Notes under the pieces: model-generated
Told to the model about the DNA's origin: nothing
Seen by the model: only the letters and a program-made list of their open reading frames with translations
Databases searched by the model: none
Program-made: the position numbers and the translations under genes
Assembly (NCBI GenBank): GCA_017431945.1
Contig: JAFRJZ010000005.1
Coordinates: 14,259-78,258 of the forward strand
Direction of reading: 5' to 3'
Origin: Candidatus Saccharimonadota bacterium
GTDB taxonomy: Bacteria > Patescibacteriota > Saccharimonadia > Saccharimonadales > Saccharimonadaceae
Length of the DNA stretch: 64,000 bases
In this document: one piece after another, positions 59,764 through 64,000 of the stretch
Layout: every line of letters begins with the position of its first letter
Numbering within the stretch: position 1 is the stretch's first letter

Positions 59764-62499
59764 ATGATGAAATTTGCGAAATCTTATGAACCGGGGGATA
59801 AGGAACCAGAAATTTATGCGGCTTGGGAGGCGTCGGGGGCGTTTCGGCCGAAAGTGCCACAGTATCCAGTAAATGATGCGTCTTCTCGGGGTGTTGATGC
59901 GGAAAAGGGGTTGGATCAGAGTAAGTATTACAGTATAGTGATGCCGCCACCGAACGCAAATGGGAATTTACATATTGGCCATGGGCTGACGGTGGCTTTG
60001 GAAGATTCGCTGACGAGATATTATCGGTTGCGTGGTAGATCGGCTTGGTATATACCAGGGGCGGACCATGCTGGGTTTGAGACCTGGGTGGTGTATGAGA
60101 AGTCGCTAGAAAAGATAGGTAAGTCGCGATTTGAATATTCGCGAGATGAGCTGTATGCGCAGGTGTGGGATTTTGTAGAAGAACAGCGGGGGAATATGGA
60201 GTTGCAACTGAGGGCGCTGGGAGCGTCGTGTGCCTGGGATGATTTGACATTTACGTTAGATGAAAATGTGGTGGCGAGAGTGTATAAGACATTTGAAAAA
60301 ATGTGGAATGATGGGATGATTTACCGAGGGGAGAAGTTGGTAAATTATTGCTCGAAGCATAGGACGGCGTTTGCGGATATAGAGGTGGAGCACAAGGATG
60401 AGAAAGGGATGTTGTGGGAGATTGCATATCCGATAGTAGAAGATGATTCAAATCAGAATTTTTCGGAGGCGCGTCCGTCCGGCCCGTCGTTACGGGCGGA
60501 CGGCGCTCAAGCTCGCCGCAGCTCCGCATCCTCCGAAAAATTTGATGTTGAATCATCTTCCGCTCTTGTCGTGTCCACCACTCGTCCTGAAACGTTATTT
60601 GGGGATGTGGCGGTGGCGGTGAATCCGGAGGATGAGCGATATAAGGATTTGATAGGTAAACATGTGAGGTTGCCCTTGACAAAACGCGAGATTCCTGTTA
60701 TAGCTGATGAACATGCTGATATGGAGTATGGAACAGGGGTGGTGAAGATTACGCCAGCGCATGATTATGATGATTTTGAGGTGGGGGAGCGGCATGATTT
60801 GCCTAGAGTACAGGTGATCGGTGAAGATGGTTTGATGCTGGATGCGGCAGGGCCAAATTATGCTGGGCTGACTACCGAGGAATGTCGTAAAAAGGTGTTG
60901 AAAGATTTGAAAGAACAGGGATTACTGCGGGGAGAGAAGAAGATTGAGCATGCGGTAGCGCATTGTTATAAGTGCGGTACAGTGATTGAGCCAATGCTGA
61001 AAGAACAGTGGTTTATAGATGTGGAGAAATTGGCGGAATTGGCAATAGAACGATTAGAAAAGGGTGAAATTAAGTTCTTCCCTGCTAGTAAGAAAAAGGT
61101 GCTGGTGAATTATCTAAGGGGGTTGAAAGATTGGAATATTTCACGGCAGATTCCGTGGGGGATTGCGATACCGATGTTTAGGAAGGTAAATGAAGATGCG
61201 ACGGATTCGCCGGATTGGGTATTTGACACGAGGACGAATTTGACAGAGATAGAGGTAGGTGGTGTGAAATATATGCGAGATGAGGATACATTTGATACAT
61301 GGTTCTCGTCGGCGCATTGGCCGATGGTGTGTACGGATTGGGTAGAGGGGGTGCCGAACCCGTATTATCCGCTGAATGTGATGGAAACAGGGGCGGATAT
61401 TCTGTTTGCATGGGTGGCGCGGATGATTATGATTGGCGTGTATGTAACAGGTGAAGTTCCCTTCCGCGAGGTGTATTTGCATGGCTTGGTGCTAGATGAA
61501 CATGGACAAAAAATGAGTAAATCAAAGGGGAATGTGATAAACCCGATGGAGCTAGTGACGAAATATGGATCAGATGCGTTTAGACTGGGGATACTGAGGG
61601 GGCGATCGGCAGGGATGAATCAAGCGTTCTCAGAGAATTCGGTGGTATCGGGGAGGAATTTGTGTAATAAGTTGTGGAATGTGGCGAGGTTGGTGGATGA
61701 TATTGTGAGTGAAGACGACGACTTTGATACATGCACCACGCTCAACACTGGGGAGGATTGGATTTGTAGAGAGCTGGATGTGTGTCGGGAGAAAGTGGAA
61801 TTAGATATGCTGAATTATCGGTTTGCGGAGGCGGTGGAGACGCTGTATTCAACGATTTGGGATAAATATGCGGATTGGTTTTTGGAAAGTCAAAAGATTT
61901 ATCGTAATTCCCCACTCTTGAAGAAAACTTTGGAGATGATTTTGGTGATGCTACATCCGTTTGCGCCGTTTGTAACAGAGGCGATTTGGCAAAATTTGTC
62001 GTGGACGGAAGATATGATTATTACGCAAAAATGGCCAGCAAAATTAGAGTATGACCCGATGACAGCAGGCGAATTTGAACGAATTCGTGAAGTAGTAAAC
62101 GAAGCAAGAGCGACTTTGCAGGTGATTGAAGGTGGTAAACGCTGGAAAATTTTGTATGGTGATGATTCCCTGGTGGCGGAAAATGCGGAGCTGATCTGTA
62201 AGTTGACGGGGGTACCGGCGGTAGAATCGTGTGAAGGACAACCGAGGGGACTAAGGTTAGCAACCATGAATAGCGAAGCGTACTTAGATGTGCCAGAGAA
62301 GGTGGTGGCGAAGTATCGAGCGACTTTAGAGGAGAAAATTTTGGCGGTGGGGCGTGAATTGGATGCCCTAAATGCGAGGATGATGAATCCGGCGTATGTG
62401 GATAAGGCGCCGGTACATCTAGTGAAGCAGACGCAAGATGGGATTAAAGAGAAACAGGCGCTGATAGAGAGACTTAAGAAACAACTAGAGGTAATATAA
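59764..62499 (+). CDS. valS: Valyl-tRNA synthetase
   Basis: HIGH motif PPPNANGNLHIGH, TTRPET, the KMSKS motif and a C-terminal coiled-coil. 911 aa. Confidence 0.95.
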   Translation: MMKFAKSYEPGDKEPEIYAAWEASGAFRPKVPQYPVNDASSRGVDAEKGLDQSKYYSIVMPPPNANGNLHIGHGLTVALEDSLTRYYRLRGRSAWYIPGADHAGFETWVVYEKSLEKIGKSRFEYSRDELYAQVWDFVEEQRGNMELQLRALGASCAWDDLTFTLDENVVARVYKTFEKMWNDGMIYRGEKLVNYCSKHRTAFADIEVEHKDEKGMLWEIAYPIVEDDSNQNFSEARPSGPSLRADGAQARRSSASSEKFDVESSSALVVSTTRPETLFGDVAVAVNPEDERYKDLIGKHVRLPLTKREIPVIADEHADMEYGTGVVKITPAHDYDDFEVGERHDLPRVQVIGEDGLMLDAAGPNYAGLTTEECRKKVLKDLKEQGLLRGEKKIEHAVAHCYKCGTVIEPMLKEQWFIDVEKLAELAIERLEKGEIKFFPASKKKVLVNYLRGLKDWNISRQIPWGIAIPMFRKVNEDATDSPDWVFDTRTNLTEIEVGGVKYMRDEDTFDTWFSSAHWPMVCTDWVEGVPNPYYPLNVMETGADILFAWVARMIMIGVYVTGEVPFREVYLHGLVLDEHGQKMSKSKGNVINPMELVTKYGSDAFRLGILRGRSAGMNQAFSENSVVSGRNLCNKLWNVARLVDDIVSEDDDFDTCTTLNTGEDWICRELDVCREKVELDMLNYRFAEAVETLYSTIWDKYADWFLESQKIYRNSPLLKKTLEMILVMLHPFAPFVTEAIWQNLSWTEDMIITQKWPAKLEYDPMTAGEFERIREVVNEARATLQVIEGGKRWKILYGDDSLVAENAELICKLTGVPAVESCEGQPRGLRLATMNSEAYLDVPEKVVAKYRATLEEKILAVGRELDALNARMMNPAYVDKAPVHLVKQTQDGIKEKQALIERLKKQLEVI
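60439..60560 (+). repeat. 122-nt GC-rich palindromic element inserted in frame within valS
   Basis: The 31-nt arms are gaagatgattcaaatcagaatttttcggagg (60439-60469) and cctccgaaaaatttgatgttgaatcatcttc (60530-60560). They are complementary at 26 of 31 positions. They flank a 60-nt GC-rich core with its own imperfect hairpin. Confidence 0.75.
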
Positions 62500-62619
62500 G
62501 AAATAAATTAGTCTTTACTCAGACGACTTGAAATGAAAAAATGCTCCCTAAAGGGTGGCATTTTTTCATTTCAAATCTGGACTTAACAAAGTCTTCGTAA
62601 AAACTAATTTATTTCTTAT
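62496..62619. repeat. Nested palindromic repeat, copy B (~124 nt), starting at the valS stop codon
   Basis: Perfect 17-nt outer inverted repeat: ataagaaataaattagt / actaatttatttcttat. Inner inverted repeat: cttgaaatgaaaaaatg / cattttttcatttcaa. Core: ...tttcaaatctggacttaacaaa. Confidence 0.8.
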
Positions 62620-62916
62620 TTCGCTCATATTTCCCTGTTGAGTCCGTGAAATTTTTTGACTGTTTGGCGGTTATGGTTTGTTGTGGTTGTCAGCTTGAGT
62701 GTTTTATGACATAGCCATAAAAGCTAAGCTGTGAAATAGTGGTATTAAAAACTTAGCTTGGCATATCAGTAGGTGCTCCCAATTACCGCCCACTCGCTGG
62801 TAATTGTTATGGCTAGTTTAGCATGGGCGGGTTGCTAAGTCAAGTGGTTGCTAAATATAAGGGAATTAAAATAAAAAACATGAGCTGAATTGTGTAAAAC
62901 TTGATATAATGGAGCT

Positions 62917-63120
62917 ATGGCTTATATTAGAAAATTTGAGACGGGATCGGGGGCGACGGGGGTGCAGGTGTGCTATAAAGAGAAGGGAAGAGTAGTGAAA
63001 ACGGTGCATGTGGGGTCGGCGAAATCAGAAGTGGCGCTGAAAAAGTTGATGAAGAAGGCGCAGGGAATTATTGATGCCGAAAAACAACCGCTGTTTAATT
63101 TGAAAAAATATGATAAGTAG
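62917..63120 (+). pseudogene. Probable N-terminal fragment of an IS1634-family (IS4-like) transposase
   Basis: MAYIRKFETGSGATGVQVCYKEKGRVVKTVHVGSAKSEVALKKLMKKAQ follows the N-terminal pattern I recall for IS1634-type transposases (xRKxxxxSGxxxVQVxxKxxGxxxxxxxxGS...). It stops at 67 aa and no DDE domain follows. Confidence 0.45.
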
Positions 63121-63123
63121 AAA

Positions 63124-63284
63124 TAAGAAGTAAATTAAACACTTTTTGTTCGTGACTTGAAATGAAAAAATGTCATACATTGGTAAACGAAGGTCGCGTC
63201 CCAAGGGGCGAACAAGAATATACATTTTTTCATTTCAAATCTGACTTAACAAATACTTACAAAAAGTGCTTAATTTACTTCTTA
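63124..63284. repeat. Nested palindromic repeat, copy C (~161 nt)
   Basis: 26-nt outer inverted repeat (1 mismatch): taagaagtaaattaaacactttttgt / acaaaaagtgcttaatttacttctta. The inner part is nearly identical to copy A, with an extra GC-rich insert (gtcgcgtcccaaggggcgaac). Confidence 0.8.
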
Positions 63285-63299
63285 AAAATCCAAGAAAAG

Positions 63300-64000
63300 T
63301 TAATTCATGATTTTACGCTTGATTCTGTTCAAAACGCGGAAGATTTTGTAGAGAGTATATCTGAAAGGTTTGAGGATGAGGTCGTAGGTGCCGGAGTAAT
63401 GGACGGCTTGGCCGCCGAAGGATTTTTTGAAATCGGTGAAGCCGGCCCAAGGATGGCTTTTTGGGGCGCCGTCGGGGGCGATGCCCCAAAAATCAAAATT
63501 CTTAAGACCTTTGTCTTTGGCGTCAAAAATGGCGGTGGTGAGTAGGGCAACGGTGGCGGGGAGTTTGCGATAGTCAAGATCGGCGGCGGACTGCATGTAG
63601 TAGCGGGTGCTAGCGTGGTCGAAAAACAGGGAAGCGGCGATGATTTTATCGGTTTTTTCGTTAGAAGGAGTATAGTGGACGAGGTAGAGGGTGGCGAAAT
63701 CTTGCTCGAGTTCGGTTTTTAAGTAGTTTTCGGAAAAAGTGCCGATATTTTTGGATTTGGCGAGTTTTTGCTGGAGAGCGACGAGATATTTGATGTCGGC
63801 GGGGTTTTTAGAAGTGGTGACCGTGAGACCTTTGCGCGCAAATTGGTTGTAGCGGGTGCGGGTGCCCTGTGAAAAACCGCTGATGATGGCGGGTTTATCA
63901 GGGGTGAGGTCGAGAACCCAGGTGTCGGCGGGGTCGAGGTCGTGGGATTTTTTGACTTTTAAGGGTCTTATAGGTTTGGGGCTGTGTTTGGCGGATTTTT
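63300..64000 (-). CDS. FemAB-family peptidoglycan interpeptide-bridge aminoacyltransferase (5' end beyond the right window edge)
   Basis: The frame is open to the window edge. My translation is ...FARKGLTVTTS...LYLVHYTPSNEKTDKIIAASLFFDHASTRYYMQSAADLDYRKLPA...FDFWGIAPDGAPKSHPWAGFTDFKKSFGG, typical FemAB C-terminal blocks. The track lists only the part from the internal Met (63300..63596). Confidence 0.8.
   Translation of the reverse strand, partial: KSAKHSPKPIRPLKVKKSHDLDPADTWVLDLTPDKPAIISGFSQGTRTRYNQFARKGLTVTTSKNPADIKYLVALQQKLAKSKNIGTFSENYLKTELEQDFATLYLVHYTPSNEKTDKIIAASLFFDHASTRYYMQSAADLDYRKLPATVALLTTAIFDAKDKGLKNFDFWGIAPDGAPKSHPWAGFTDFKKSFGGQAVHYSGTYDLILKPFRYTLYKIFRVLNRIKRKIMN

Noticed and set aside
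59675-60682. 191-aa and 143-aa minus-strand ORFs overlapping the valS 5' region.
   Set aside because: They are antisense shadow ORFs with Pro/His/Ser/Thr-rich nonsense composition. valS on the plus strand is unambiguous.
63162-63545. A 127-aa plus-strand ORF starting inside palindrome copy C.
   Set aside because: It begins within the repeat and then runs antisense to the well-supported FemAB gene.
1-64000. CRISPR arrays, rRNA genes, tmRNA, SRP RNA or riboswitch/T-box leaders (for example upstream of valS).
   Set aside because: No regularly spaced direct repeats with unique spacers were seen. No rRNA-like conserved blocks were seen. valS starts 6 nt after its -10 element, leaving no room for a T-box. 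I cannot exclude small structured RNAs without covariance-model scans.

Overview
The gene content and organisation of this 64-kb chromosomal window fit a Patescibacteria/CPR genome, probably Saccharibacteria-like. This is an inference; there is no rRNA in the window.

**Layout**
- 1-17.8 kb: a cell-envelope glycopolymer cluster. It holds GT2 enzymes, GtrA, a TagG/TagH-like ABC exporter, LicD, Glf, two tandem DUF4422-GT8 paralogs, a CsbB-like GT2 with YfhO, a secreted protein with three ricin-lectin domains, and an LCP ligase.
- 17.8-24.1 kb: the replication-origin neighbourhood. Gene order is jag-yidC-rnpA-rpmH | dnaA-dnaN-recF, with DnaA-box clusters on both sides of dnaA.
- 24.1-34.7 kb: a compact type IV secretion-like locus. 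It has a VirB4 ATPase, a PrgI/VirB3-like protein, a 981-aa VirB6-like polytopic protein and six VirB2/T4SS-pilin paralogs. hsp20 and comFC sit inside it. No relaxase or coupling protein is present in the window.
- 34.7-42.6 kb: housekeeping genes. These are a VanY-like peptidase, tRNA-Ser, groES-groEL with a CIRCE operator, DUF4186, murE, a truncated Mur-ligase paralog and a second tRNA-Ser.
- About 44.0-58.7 kb: an accessory island next to tRNA-Arg. Its large serine recombinase ORF reads antisense into the tRNA. Cargo is a SpoVG-like gene, a Type III Mod-Res pair, two standalone FtsK-gamma proteins, a VbhA-like/Fic toxin-antitoxin pair, an HTH-HATPase-STAS-like gene, a DUF3800 gene and a 656-aa protein with 26-29-aa tandem repeats.
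- 58.7-64 kb: HIT, valS, an IS1634-like remnant and a partial FemAB gene.

**Most interesting signal**
The island contains three 320-330-nt direct repeats. Their 5' parts and GC-rich 3' ends are nearly identical. Their central ~145 nt differ almost only at codon positions 1-2 of NNC codons. That is the signature of diversity-generating retroelement (DGR) variable repeats. No reverse transcriptase or template repeat is present in the window, and all three copies are 5'-truncated coding fragments.

**Other notable signals**
- A GC-rich palindromic element inserted in frame in valS.
- A family of nested palindromic repeats placed exactly at gene 3' ends.
- A recurrent (TGn)TATAAT-N6-ATG arrangement that implies leaderless mRNAs.
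- A possible RNA switch in the 5' UTR of the Type III mod gene.

TGA is a normal stop codon here. No CRISPR array or rRNA gene was seen.
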